From positions 32,001 through 96,000 of the IMG/VR virus record IMGVR_UViG_3300032893_000005: a stretch of 64,000 nucleotides of DNA, one strand, 5' to 3'. Position 1 is the stretch's first letter. Each line of letters opens with the position of its first letter. This stretch comes from a virus. Shown here piece by piece: positions 20,079 to 29,618 of this stretch. The notes beneath the pieces are model-generated. The model was not told where the DNA came from. It made no database searches and saw only the letters and a list, made by a program, of their open reading frames with translations. A program made the translations under genes and the position numbers.

Positions 20079-20512
20079 CCGCGATCGTGGGCATAGTCGC
20101 CCTTGTCGTCGGTTACGGAACCGCACGCATGACCGTGCCTACGAAGGTCGTCACTAAGACCCAGGAAGTCATCAGGACCGTAACGGTCGAGAACAAGGAT
20201 CAAGTTACGACAGAGACTACGATCAAGAAGCCCGACGGCACCGTGATCACTCAAGAAAGAACAGAGGACAAAGACCTCATCACCACGCACGAAGATGAGT
20301 CCATCAAGGTAGATAAGACCGTGACAAACGAGAAGCCGAGCTGGATGATCTCCGGCGGTTACGGATACGACTTCGGCGGCGGTACTCCCACTCCTACTTA
20401 CATGTTCCAAGCTCAGAAGCGAATAATTGGGAACATCTTTGCCGGTGGTATGGTCAACACCAACCTCGGGAACAGAACTAGCGGCCTGCTGACTGTAGGG
20501 TTCGAGTTCTGA
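20051..20512 (+). CDS. membrane-anchored protein with C-terminal amphipathic beta strands ending in Phe (spanin-like candidate)
   Basis: N-terminal TM helix, Thr-rich stalk, C-terminus GLLTVGFEF. Confidence 0.6.
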   Translation: MLPTNSWKITAIVGIVALVVGYGTARMTVPTKVVTKTQEVIRTVTVENKDQVTTETTIKKPDGTVITQERTEDKDLITTHEDESIKVDKTVTNEKPSWMISGGYGYDFGGGTPTPTYMFQAQKRIIGNIFAGGMVNTNLGNRTSGLLTVGFEF

Positions 20513-20724
20513 TGAAGAAGGAAGGGGTCTCACCACATGACCTCGAGAAGTCTCTCAACCAGAGAGACTTTAGCCAGGTAAAAGACCTGGCACTGGCTAG
20601 GTTTAGGGAGACGATGCCCGACAGGCACAGTCCAGACAACCACATGGCGAGCTGCTACACGCATGGGGTCCTGATACTACTTGCGTCCAAAGGATACGAA
20701 CTTGTCAAGAAGGAGACAAAGTGA
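20512..20724 (+). CDS. hypothetical protein
   Basis: Translationally coupled ORF. Confidence 0.55.
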   Translation: MKKEGVSPHDLEKSLNQRDFSQVKDLALARFRETMPDRHSPDNHMASCYTHGVLILLASKGYELVKKETK

Positions 20725-21731
20725 GCACCACAAGTAAGAGTAAGTTTAAGATCAAGAAAGTCACCAAGTTTGATGACCTGCTCGGCGAAGCAGGAAGCAA
20801 GGTTGAGCTTCCTACCTCAGACCTATGCCTCACTTCTGACACAGTGATCGCCCAGTTCGACTACGAAGAGGGCGACGAACAAGAGGAGCAGAAGAAGATC
20901 AAGGTTCATCCTGGCATCTACACGATGACCATGACTATGGCTGGTATGCGGCTGGATCAGACTGAGCTTCGCACTGACGAGCTGCTTGCTGGGGTTGCAA
21001 ACACGACAACGATCGTCAACCAGGGAAAACACTTCTTCAAGAAGCTCCACGTCTACCAGAAGCGCAAGCGCCCGGCAAAGCGCTCGATCTTGTTCTACAG
21101 CGGACCCGGCATGGGCAAGAGCGCAGCCATCCGCTTCTCGATCAAGGAGCTGGTCGCAGAAGATCCTGGAACCGTTGCCTTGATCTGGCCGTCTTCTGAA
21201 GTAAAGCCTGAGCACGTTGGGCGCTTCTTCACCTTCAACGCTGAATATGTCCAGGGATGTACCCGAGTCATCCTGGTCGTAGAAGAGATCGGCGGCAGCG
21301 AGGAAGATGGGGCACACGCAAGGCGTGAGGTTAGCGCTGGACTACTCAACTTCCTGGACGGCATCAACGTGACCTTCAAGCTCCCTACCTTCATCGTAGC
21401 TACCACGAACTACCCGCAGAACCTCCTGAAGGAACTCGCGGATCGCCCTGGTCGCTTCGACCGACTCATCGAGCTGGACCCGCCGTCACTGGCCGAGAAG
21501 ATCAAGCTTCTTGAGTTCTTCGAAGGTCGACCTTTGAACGAGTCCGAGCAAGCTGCGCTCGCCGCTAACGACGCCAAGGACCTCAGCATAGCGCATATCC
21601 AAGAGATCGGCATACGCGCCGAGATCGAGGACCTATCCTTCGAGGAAGTCATCAGGCAGATGGTCGAACATCGTGCTCGCTTCGCCAAAGGATTCGACAA
21701 GAAAGGATCGCTGGGCTTACACCGTGACTGA
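20721..21731 (+). CDS. AAA+ ATPase (classic AAA clade)
   Basis: Walker A GPGMGKS, Walker B VVEEI, SRH ATTNYP...DRPGRFDR. Confidence 0.9.
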   Translation: MSTTSKSKFKIKKVTKFDDLLGEAGSKVELPTSDLCLTSDTVIAQFDYEEGDEQEEQKKIKVHPGIYTMTMTMAGMRLDQTELRTDELLAGVANTTTIVNQGKHFFKKLHVYQKRKRPAKRSILFYSGPGMGKSAAIRFSIKELVAEDPGTVALIWPSSEVKPEHVGRFFTFNAEYVQGCTRVILVVEEIGGSEEDGAHARREVSAGLLNFLDGINVTFKLPTFIVATTNYPQNLLKELADRPGRFDRLIELDPPSLAEKIKLLEFFEGRPLNESEQAALAANDAKDLSIAHIQEIGIRAEIEDLSFEEVIRQMVEHRARFAKGFDKKGSLGLHRD

Positions 21732-21954
21732 AGTCTGGTCGATCATCTTCACCTACCAAGACCGGGAGGGACAGTACGTCCAGCGGGAAGTCTTTAGGTC
21801 GGAAGAGATCGCGGCCCTCAAGGTCTCAGCCGAGATCAGAACGCGCATAGAACGACTTGGCATGAAGTTCTACTGGAGCCAGGTCAAGAAGCTCGATGAC
21901 GCAGAGCTTCAAACACTCGAGGATTACGTTTACGAAGACGTCATGGTACACTAG
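21724..21954 (+). CDS. hypothetical protein
   Basis: GTG-start ORF between the AAA ATPase and ClpP. Confidence 0.5.
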   Translation: MTEVWSIIFTYQDREGQYVQREVFRSEEIAALKVSAEIRTRIERLGMKFYWSQVKKLDDAELQTLEDYVYEDVMVH

Positions 21955-21960
21955 GGGCAT

Positions 21961-22548
21961 ATGTCAGCGAACAAACTTGACAGCATCAAGACAATCCATG
22001 AAGCCGACGTCGACGTTAAGAACCGTCGCGTCTACCTGTTTACCGACGTATCCCCTGACTCCGCTAGGAAGACGGTTCAGAGCCTTCACTTTCTTGACAA
22101 GACCGAAGGTGAGATCTACGTCTACTTTAACACTCCTGGCGGCGAGTGGGACGATGGGATCGCCATCTACAACGCCATATTACACTGTAAAAACACTATC
22201 ATAGGCGTAGTCATCGGGCAATGCTCGAGCATGGGCTCAGTCATCCTGCAGGCATGTGACCGTCGCGTAATTCATCAATACTGCTGCATGCTAGTCCACC
22301 CTGGAAGTGCCAGACACAGCTCAGTCGTTCCTGACTTCATCGAGCGGGCCGAGTTTGAGAAGAAGACGTTGGAGATTATGAACAGGATCTACTACGACCG
22401 CATGAAGCAGACGATCACTGATCCAGAAAACTTGCCATCGTTCAAAAAATTTGTTAGCTTTATATCGCGAGATCGCTACATCTTTGCCGAGGAAGCAGTT
22501 GAGCTTGGCTTGGTTGATGAGATGACGATTCTCGAACAGGAGGAGTAG
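21961..22548 (+). CDS. clpP: ClpP-like protease
   Basis: NTPGG, CSSMGS (catalytic Ser), LVHP (His), RDRYIFAEEAVELGLVD (Asp). Confidence 0.92.
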   Translation: MSANKLDSIKTIHEADVDVKNRRVYLFTDVSPDSARKTVQSLHFLDKTEGEIYVYFNTPGGEWDDGIAIYNAILHCKNTIIGVVIGQCSSMGSVILQACDRRVIHQYCCMLVHPGSARHSSVVPDFIERAEFEKKTLEIMNRIYYDRMKQTITDPENLPSFKKFVSFISRDRYIFAEEAVELGLVDEMTILEQEE

Positions 22549-23099
22549 TGATGGAGGAGCAGAAGGGTACGATCGACGAAGGACTGGTGGAAGCCATCGC
22601 TGAAGCCGATGCCAATGCTGACGAGGCAAAGCCAGAAGAGAAGAAGGCTGCCCCGCTCTCTAAGAAGGTTGAGAAGCAGCGCAAGGCTCAGGAAAAGCAG
22701 TTTAAGAAGATGATGGATAACTTTCGCGCAAACCGCGTGAAGGCAAACCAGACTCTGAAGTTCCGGCTAGACCTCCTAAAGCGCCAGCTTGGAAAAGATG
22801 ACTTCAACGCACTCAAGTCGATCTGCACCGTCGAAGTTCCAGAGCAGAAGGATGCTGACGGAAAGGTTATCCAAGAGGCAAAGACCGTCGTCAACAAGCA
22901 AGCCCTGCTCGTCGAAGCTAGTCACTTACTGGTCTTGATGCGCGAAGAGCGCATGAAGAAGGGGCTTCGCAAGCGCACTACCGGTCGCTCCAGCGATCGC
23001 AAGGCACACAAGTCGATGCTTGCGTTCTTGACTAAGCGCAACAAGCAGAGTGCTGCCGAGAACGTCACCGCGAAGGTGATCGCAGGCAAGCAGGGGTAG
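22548..23099 (+). CDS. basic hypothetical protein
   Basis: Collinear ORF. Confidence 0.65.
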   Translation: MMEEQKGTIDEGLVEAIAEADANADEAKPEEKKAAPLSKKVEKQRKAQEKQFKKMMDNFRANRVKANQTLKFRLDLLKRQLGKDDFNALKSICTVEVPEQKDADGKVIQEAKTVVNKQALLVEASHLLVLMREERMKKGLRKRTTGRSSDRKAHKSMLAFLTKRNKQSAAENVTAKVIAGKQG

Positions 23100-23330
23100 A
23101 TGTTCTTCCTAGTCATCGTCGGGTTCTTACTGATGCTGTCCGGTCAAGGAGAGGTGGGTTTCCTACTCATGCTCCTTGGCCTGATCTTCTTAGTAGTCGA
23201 GCATCAGAGCCTGTCTGAGAACCCGCCGTCCAAGTGTCCGCCGCACAGGTGGACTCGCCGCGAGAACGGCGACATGTGGTGCCCCGAGTGCAAGCGTACT
23301 CCGCAAGGGAGAAGGTTCAGTGGAGATTGA
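23100..23330 (+). CDS. small membrane protein with C-terminal Zn finger
   Basis: Two hydrophobic segments; CPPH...CPEC. Confidence 0.6.
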   Translation: MFFLVIVGFLLMLSGQGEVGFLLMLLGLIFLVVEHQSLSENPPSKCPPHRWTRRENGDMWCPECKRTPQGRRFSGD

Positions 23331-23649
23331 GATCCCCAACGACTTCATCGAGGCGCTTATCGGAAGGCTTGGCATCTTAAGGCCTAGGGTCGAGATCAAC
23401 CCGAAGAACCAGACCGTTGGCTATCGGTTCAAGAACGATGACATAAACATAGAAGCCATCGTCGGAGCAGTAATCGTAGCGAACCAGTCACCGCGACCTC
23501 CAGGCATCCCTATCTTGCCAAATGCCATTGGCTTGAACTTCCAGCAGGTTGAGATCCTCAGCGGTCGATACGACTCTTTGATCTGTACTACCCTATACAA
23601 CATGTCCGTCCTGGACTACGTCGGGGAGCACAGGATTGACTTCAACTGA
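23320..23649 (+). CDS. hypothetical protein
   Basis: Collinear ORF. Confidence 0.55.
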   Translation: MEIEIPNDFIEALIGRLGILRPRVEINPKNQTVGYRFKNDDINIEAIVGAVIVANQSPRPPGIPILPNAIGLNFQQVEILSGRYDSLICTTLYNMSVLDYVGEHRIDFN

Positions 23650-23664
23650 GACTTCCCTTATCCT
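23636..23664 (+). promoter_or_regulatory. sigma70-like promoter
   Basis: TTGACT-17 nt-TATCCT, then AGGAGG and the ATG at 23681. Confidence 0.6.
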
Positions 23665-23680
23665 GAGATCAGGAGGGAAG

Positions 23681-24502
23681 ATGCTCGTTAAGTCTCTGGT
23701 AGCCGCTAACGTAGCCGCTATGATGTTCGTCTTCGTGATACTTTCAGGAGCCACGTCGTGCTCTATCGAGAAAGTCAAGGAAACTTTTCCCGCACCGTCG
23801 TCTGGCGACATCTTAGTGATGATGATCGATACCGGCATCGACGCCGATCATAAGCTTCTAAAAGACTACGTCGACCGCAGCAGAAGCGTCGACCTCGAAG
23901 ACGGAGATGACCAGGGCGACGCGCACGGAACCCACGTCGCCGGACTCATAGTCTACGGCAGGACCATAGACGAAGGTCACCCTGTTGGCCTATGCCACAG
24001 AGTCAGGATCATCTCCTGCAACAAGCTGCACAGAGACAACAGTGACATACCAGCATGCCTAGACCTTGCCCTGAAGATGGGAGTTCAGTACATAAACATC
24101 TCCGGCGGAGGCGATAAGGCCATGCCTCTCGAGAGGACTCTCATGCAAGAGCTTGACTCTAAGGGCGTCGTGATAGTGATGGCTGCTGGCAACGAGAATA
24201 ACGACCTCGCGGAGAAGCCGTACTACCCAGCATCCTACAAGCTCAAGCACAGCATCGTCGTAGCAAATGGAACCGACAGAGAGCACAAGGCTCTAACCTC
24301 CAACTACGGAACTGATGTGGTATGGGAATGGGGTAGCGATGTACTGTCGACAGCTCCCATGGACAGATTCGACCGCATGACTGGAACCTCCCAGGCAGCG
24401 CCCATACGCCTGCACAAGATCTTGATGTCTCTTTGTGAGACAGGAGTAAACTATAAACTTTACAACGCGCCTTTCCGTGATACGATGGTGCGATACAAAT
24501 AG
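23681..24502 (+). CDS. subtilisin-family (S8) serine protease, exported or lipoprotein
   Basis: IDTGI (Asp), HGTHVAG (His), AAGN and GTSQAAP (Ser); hydrophobic leader ending ATSC. Confidence 0.92.
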   Translation: MLVKSLVAANVAAMMFVFVILSGATSCSIEKVKETFPAPSSGDILVMMIDTGIDADHKLLKDYVDRSRSVDLEDGDDQGDAHGTHVAGLIVYGRTIDEGHPVGLCHRVRIISCNKLHRDNSDIPACLDLALKMGVQYINISGGGDKAMPLERTLMQELDSKGVVIVMAAGNENNDLAEKPYYPASYKLKHSIVVANGTDREHKALTSNYGTDVVWEWGSDVLSTAPMDRFDRMTGTSQAAPIRLHKILMSLCETGVNYKLYNAPFRDTMVRYK

Positions 24503-24510
24503 GAGAGGAC

Positions 24511-24849
24511 ATGGAAGCAGCTATGGACCAAAACGAACAGTCTGTGATGACTCCCGAACAGAAGACAGATCGCATGCTCAAGATCATAGAGCGCCTTGCG
24601 ACCATCGAGATGACGCTCAACGCTGTCAAGAGCTTGTACAACGAGAAGGACAGCTTGACCCTTGAGTTGAAAGACCTGATGGGCGTCGGCGTCGAGCTGA
24701 CCCACGGCGACGCGATCATAAAGGTGGTCGACAACTTCGCCGAGAAGAACACCGTGTTTCGAACCGCTGGCGTGAAGCGCTTCGAGCTTGAGATCGACTC
24801 GGTCTCAGCTCGCGTGGAGAAGCTCCTCAAGAAGGAGAAGAAGAAGTGA
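24511..24849 (+). CDS. hypothetical protein
   Basis: AGGAGAGG RBS. Confidence 0.65.
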   Translation: MEAAMDQNEQSVMTPEQKTDRMLKIIERLATIEMTLNAVKSLYNEKDSLTLELKDLMGVGVELTHGDAIIKVVDNFAEKNTVFRTAGVKRFELEIDSVSARVEKLLKKEKKK

Positions 24850-25166
24850 TGGACCTTAACCAGTCTGAAAACTTATGCCGTAAGCTCGGTAACGTGATCG
24901 ACTTGGTTAAGCCAACCGCGAGCCAGGACTTTGGTCAAGTTACGGAAGACATCGAAGGGTTCACCGTCCTAAGCAGCATCAACTGCCTCAAGGCTGGTCT
25001 CTTCCAGTGTCGCCTGTCTGTGGCCGGTGACTACGTGAAGACCAAGAGTGGATTGAAGCAGGTGTCTGGCATCTCGCAGACTGGGACCAAGCAAGAAGTG
25101 ATCGACTGGGTCAAGTACACTCTGCCCATGTTCATCAGCAGCCTCAAGAAGTCGGCGGATGCATGA
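24846..25166 (+). CDS. hypothetical protein
   Basis: Translationally coupled ORF. Confidence 0.55.
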   Translation: MMDLNQSENLCRKLGNVIDLVKPTASQDFGQVTEDIEGFTVLSSINCLKAGLFQCRLSVAGDYVKTKSGLKQVSGISQTGTKQEVIDWVKYTLPMFISSLKKSADA

Positions 25167-25642
25167 GCTTAGTCGTCCTGACTGACGACCACCCAGTCCT
25201 GAAGATGAAGAGTGAGAAGGTTGAAGCTGCAGCCTTAGCAGCCTTGGATACTTTCATGAAGGAGTTGGTCGAAGTGATGAAGGCCAACAACGGTATCGGC
25301 ATAGCAGCACCTCAAGTTGGAGTACTGAAGCAGATCATCGTGATAAACACCAAGCTGGTCGGCGGCACTCTTGAGAACGAGATCATGATCAACCCAGTAA
25401 TCGTAAAGCAGAGTCATGAGAAAAGTACAGACAGCGAGGGATGCCTCAGCTTGCCTGGTAAGCACTACCTAGTTCAGAGAAGGGACGAAGTCTTCGTCTC
25501 GTACATGACTCCGGCGGGAAAGACCAGGTCCCAGAACCTGTCGGAGATCGATGCCCGGTGCGTACAACATGAGGTGGACCATCTTCGCGGTATATTGATG
25601 AGTGATGTTGGAGTTCCAGTTGAAGATCCTAAGACTACGTGA
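25163..25642 (+). CDS. def: peptide deformylase
   Basis: GIGIAAPQVG, EGCLS and HEVDH motifs. Confidence 0.96.
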   Translation: MSLVVLTDDHPVLKMKSEKVEAAALAALDTFMKELVEVMKANNGIGIAAPQVGVLKQIIVINTKLVGGTLENEIMINPVIVKQSHEKSTDSEGCLSLPGKHYLVQRRDEVFVSYMTPAGKTRSQNLSEIDARCVQHEVDHLRGILMSDVGVPVEDPKTT

Positions 25643-25685
25643 TCGCTTACTATTACTGCTCCTCATCGTGGTCGCCACTGTAGCC

Positions 25686-25715
25686 TTGACTATCAACTTT
25701 GCATGGTGTTATCTT
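25686..25715 (+). promoter_or_regulatory. sigma70-like promoter
   Basis: TTGACT-18 nt-TATCTT with a TG extension, upstream of GGAGG and the ATG at 25741. Confidence 0.45.
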
Positions 25716-25740
25716 AGTGACATGTATCACCGGAGGAAAG

Positions 25741-26052
25741 ATGACTCGAAAAGATCGTGAAGAGCTGAACGCCATGTCCCTTGACGTGTACGGCAACAGG
25801 AATGCCTGGGCAAAGCAAGTTCGCAAAGGTGAGTATCGCTCGGAAGCCTCTATGACTAACAGTGGTCAGCCGATCAACGTCAAGCGTTGGTACCCGATCA
25901 CGCCGGAAGAAGCGAAGAAGCGCATGGAGAAGATGTTGGCCGATCGTGCGTTGGCAAAGATTGAAGCACAGAAGAAGCCACTTGAACTTAAAGGAGGGCC
26001 AGATGGCTCGGAAAAGCAAGAAAGCAAAGAAATCGCGCAGCCCGCGCAGTAA
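25741..26052 (+). CDS. hypothetical protein
   Basis: GGAGG RBS. Confidence 0.6.
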   Translation: MTRKDREELNAMSLDVYGNRNAWAKQVRKGEYRSEASMTNSGQPINVKRWYPITPEEAKKRMEKMLADRALAKIEAQKKPLELKGGPDGSEKQESKEIAQPAQ

Positions 26053-26560
26053 TCCCGTCGTCGAGGCTCTTACCGCTGTCAGCGGCGAGCTGAACGGCAT
26101 CAACGAGCGCCTGAACACAGTTCAGGAAAACGTCGAGACGCTTCGCGGAGAAGTGTCGGAAGTGAAGACTACGACGTCTTCGCTGAAGACCGATGCTGCT
26201 CCTGCGGCACCAGCAAACACCGATGCGCTGGACGCCCTGGTCAAGACACAACAAGTTGAGGCTGCTAAGCGCTTGCGTGAGGAAGTCCTCCCTGAGGCAC
26301 GCCGCGCTCAGCGCTTCTACGGATACTTGACCCTGTCGGTTAACGGCGGTGAGTTCAAGATGGAGAAGATCGAGAGTGTATCGCGCCTTGAAGAAGTTCT
26401 TAAGGGCGTCGAGGACGGCACGATTCGCATCTTGATGAACCCCTTCGCAGCTCAGCCGACTGCTCACGTCGAGAAGGTGTCTGAAGTAACGCAGGCTCTG
26501 AAAGCCACGGAGACTCCTAAGCGGGGCCTCTTGCAACGCCTGCTCGACCTAGGGAAGTAA
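26003..26560 (+). CDS. hypothetical coiled-coil protein
   Basis: AAGGAGG RBS before the ATG at 26003. Confidence 0.65.
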   Translation: MARKSKKAKKSRSPRSNPVVEALTAVSGELNGINERLNTVQENVETLRGEVSEVKTTTSSLKTDAAPAAPANTDALDALVKTQQVEAAKRLREEVLPEARRAQRFYGYLTLSVNGGEFKMEKIESVSRLEEVLKGVEDGTIRILMNPFAAQPTAHVEKVSEVTQALKATETPKRGLLQRLLDLGK

Positions 26561-27229
26561 GTGAAGATAACCTGCCTCTCAGACACACACATGCGCCTCG
26601 ACAAGGTCCCTGCCCTTCCGGGTGGGGACACGATCGTTCACTCTGGTGACTTGACCGGTCGCGGTGAGATCTGGGAGATGGAGCGAGAACTGAAGAAGTT
26701 AGGGGACCTTAAGAAGCGGTACCAGTATGTTCACTGCATATACGTGGCCGGTAACCACGACTGGCTTGCCTTCCGTGATCAGACTAGGGTACGAGAACTT
26801 TGTAAGAAGAACGGCATCATCTACCTCCAAGACGAAGAAGTGACCCTCGACGGGGTAAGGTTCTACGGCTCTCCGTGGCAGCCTGCCTTCTGCGGATGGG
26901 CATTTAACCTCCCACGCGGCGAAGCCTTAAGGAAGGTATGGGATCAGATCCCCACCAATGGCATAGATTACCTTATCACTCACGGCCCACCTTATGGTAT
27001 CCTGGACGAGGTCGTTAAGGTTGATGGAACCTCTTACCACCCGCCGGAGCTTGTCGGATGTGCTGACCTACTGAACAGACTGCTTCACGTTAAGCCGAAG
27101 GTTCACCAGTTTGGTCACATCCACTGCGCTTCTGGCGAGAAGACGTTCATGGACATAAAGTTCATCAACGCGAGCATGTGTGATGAGATGTATATGGTAA
27201 CCAATCCGGTAAGGGAAGTAGAGATCTAA
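26561..27229 (+). CDS. metallophosphoesterase (MPPED/239FB-like)
   Basis: SDTH, HSGDL, AGNHD, THGPP and FGHIH. Confidence 0.9.
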   Translation: MKITCLSDTHMRLDKVPALPGGDTIVHSGDLTGRGEIWEMERELKKLGDLKKRYQYVHCIYVAGNHDWLAFRDQTRVRELCKKNGIIYLQDEEVTLDGVRFYGSPWQPAFCGWAFNLPRGEALRKVWDQIPTNGIDYLITHGPPYGILDEVVKVDGTSYHPPELVGCADLLNRLLHVKPKVHQFGHIHCASGEKTFMDIKFINASMCDEMYMVTNPVREVEI

Positions 27230-27232
27230 TCC

Positions 27233-27736
27233 ATGAGTAAGACGATACCGCTCACGAAAGGATACGTGACTGTCGTTGACGATGAAGATTACGATATGCT
27301 CATGCAGTGGAAGTGGCAAGCGCGGCCAACCAGAAGTAGTGGAAAGTACATCAGAAACAAGACTGATGTTTATGCTGCCAGAACCGGTAAAGATAAAGGC
27401 CGGTCGTATCCAATCCTCCTACATCGACTGATTATGGGCTTCCCAGCCTGCCAGGTAGACCATAAAAACGGCAATACTCTCGATAATCAAAAAACCAACT
27501 TAAGACTGTGTACAAACTCTAGTAACCGGGCCAACAGCGCGAAGATGTCTGGCAGATCGTCTAGCTATAAAGGTGTCACTTGGGACAAAAATCGATCAAA
27601 GTGGAAGACTGCTATTAAAGTAAATGGTAAGATGATTAACGCAGGTCGGTTCGACGACGAGATCTTAGCAGCTAAAACATATGACGAACTTGCATTAAAG
27701 TACTTTGGAGAGTTTGCTAAAACAAACTTTAAGTAA
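27233..27736 (+). mobile_element. free-standing HNH-AP2 homing endonuclease
   Basis: LHRLIM..VDHKNGNTLDNQKTNLR plus AP2 domain YKGVTW...AAKTYD; AT-richer than flanks. Confidence 0.9.
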
Positions 27737-28519
27737 ATGACGAAGCCGGTCGCTCTAATAGGAGATGTTCATGCGATACCTGACGAGTTTCAGGAACTCC
27801 TGGCATGGATCAACGATCAGGGCATCCCAAATAACAGGATCTGGGTCCTCGGGGACTTGTGGGATCGCGGTCCTGACTCGGGAGCGATCAGCCGCATCTG
27901 TCGTCAGCGCGGGATCAACTCGATCTTGGGAAACCATGAGCAGTCGATCATCAACCGCTGGTCTGCCAAGGTCAAGGGTAACAAGATGCGTCATCCGAAC
28001 CCCGACAAAGAGCGCACGATCGCATCAGTTACCCAGGAAGACATCGACTGGGCTTCAAAGCTACCGCCTATCCACATCTTCGACGACTTGAAGCTAGTCA
28101 TAGCCCACGGCGGCGTCTGGCCCCGCATACCGTTCTACAAGCAGCCCAAGAACGTCATCAGGGCTCAGATGATCCAGGCATGGAACCCTGGACCGTCGAG
28201 GTGGTGGGGTCCGCAGGCTAAGGCGGGCAGCGGATACTCAGAAGAGGAGTCCTACGCTCAGGGCTGGAGGCGATGGTACGAGGTCTACGATCACCAGTAC
28301 GACATCGCGTTTGGCCACAGCGTCTTCCAGCAGCCTCTTATCTATAAGAATCCAGGCGCCGGGACCGTGTTCGGCTTGGATACCGGCGGAGTATTTGGTG
28401 GTTGTCTGACCGGCATGATATACTACGGAAAAGGCGAGTACCACATCAAGCAGGTGACGGCGAAGAAGGTGTACTGCCAAGACATGAACAAGCAGTTTGG
28501 GGTCGACGATGAAGGATAA
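27737..28519 (+). CDS. PPP-family phosphatase / Ap4A hydrolase (PrpE/ApaH-like)
   Basis: GDVH, GDLWDRGPDS, GNHE, HGG, FGH and LDTGGVFGG. Confidence 0.88.
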   Translation: MTKPVALIGDVHAIPDEFQELLAWINDQGIPNNRIWVLGDLWDRGPDSGAISRICRQRGINSILGNHEQSIINRWSAKVKGNKMRHPNPDKERTIASVTQEDIDWASKLPPIHIFDDLKLVIAHGGVWPRIPFYKQPKNVIRAQMIQAWNPGPSRWWGPQAKAGSGYSEEESYAQGWRRWYEVYDHQYDIAFGHSVFQQPLIYKNPGAGTVFGLDTGGVFGGCLTGMIYYGKGEYHIKQVTAKKVYCQDMNKQFGVDDEG

Positions 28520-28967
28520 GATACACGTAGACATCAACACCCAAGAGCGCATAGTCCTGTGGAACGACCAGGCGGTCTTCGTAGACTGCGACGACACTAT
28601 GATCTTATGGTCTTACCCGGAAGGCATCGACACGCGGCACTTAACCCATGCCAAGGATGTTCATGGAAACGATACGTTAGTATTCTTGAATCATCAACGC
28701 CACATAGACTTCGTAAAGCGCCTGTACAGGCAGGGCGTAATGGTCATCGTATGGAGCGCAGCCGGAACACGCTGGGCAGACCATACCGCCGACATCCTAG
28801 GACTTGATGGCTTCGTGACGGTGACCATGTGCAAGCCGAAGTTCATGCTGGACGATCTGTCAGCCGACAAGTTCATGCCTAAGAACACGTTCCTTGATCC
28901 TTTTAATCCTATGAAGGACAAGGACGAGGACAACCGCTTCCACACGGATGGCAAAGATGAGCCGTAA
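28509..28967 (+). CDS. HAD-family phosphatase
   Basis: VDCDDT, WSAAG, KP and DD motifs. Confidence 0.75.
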   Translation: MKDKIHVDINTQERIVLWNDQAVFVDCDDTMILWSYPEGIDTRHLTHAKDVHGNDTLVFLNHQRHIDFVKRLYRQGVMVIVWSAAGTRWADHTADILGLDGFVTVTMCKPKFMLDDLSADKFMPKNTFLDPFNPMKDKDEDNRFHTDGKDEP

Positions 28968-29193
28968 GCTCCGACCGCTTGGTCAGGTAACCCAGGACAT
29001 GGAACCCCTCCTGTTCGAGATGTGCGACGATCATGACCTTCAGCACGGGGAGATCCTTGGCCTGGTCAAGGCTTGGCTGGACATCCACTACCCGGCTGGA
29101 CGCGAAGAGTACGTTGACGGCAGTGGACATCCTGTGGTAAAGATCGTAGAGTATAGGCCTGTAACACAAACTCCTAAGGAGAAGAAAAAATGA
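28948..29193 (+). CDS. hypothetical protein
   Basis: Collinear ORF. Confidence 0.6.
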   Translation: MAKMSRKLRPLGQVTQDMEPLLFEMCDDHDLQHGEILGLVKAWLDIHYPAGREEYVDGSGHPVVKIVEYRPVTQTPKEKKK

Positions 29194-29618
29194 AGAAGTT
29201 GCTCTTAGCGGCCATCGCCGCCGCAGTCGTCCTCGCAGGTACGGTGCAGTATGCCGCGTACCAAGTTGCTCACCAGTCGTACGTCACCCAGCTCACCTCG
29301 AAGGAGCAGTTGACGAAGAGCCTTCAGGATCTTCAGACTAGCAAGCTCACTACGGCTCTAATTCTTGTCACCAGCGGCGACAAGGAGATGGAAGCTATGT
29401 TCAAGGCATCGGCTAAGAAGTACCACGGCAAGATCTTGTTCTTGGAAGTCGATCCTTCTAAAGTTCAGGAAGCCTCCGTTGGCGAAGACCCCGCAGTGGT
29501 GGTCGTCGACAAGGTCGTCGGCCTGCAAGTTCTGCGCGGTAAGGCGCCGAGCCAGCAAGCCCTCGACAACGTGATCGAGCAGCTACTCGCCATCAACGGA
29601 CAGTTCCAGCGTAAGTAG
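29190..29618 (+). CDS. exported thioredoxin-fold protein lacking CXXC
   Basis: Signal peptide; KYHGKILFLEVD...PAVVVV thioredoxin-like pattern; no Cys. Confidence 0.5.
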   Translation: MKKLLLAAIAAAVVLAGTVQYAAYQVAHQSYVTQLTSKEQLTKSLQDLQTSKLTTALILVTSGDKEMEAMFKASAKKYHGKILFLEVDPSKVQEASVGEDPAVVVVDKVVGLQVLRGKAPSQQALDNVIEQLLAINGQFQRK

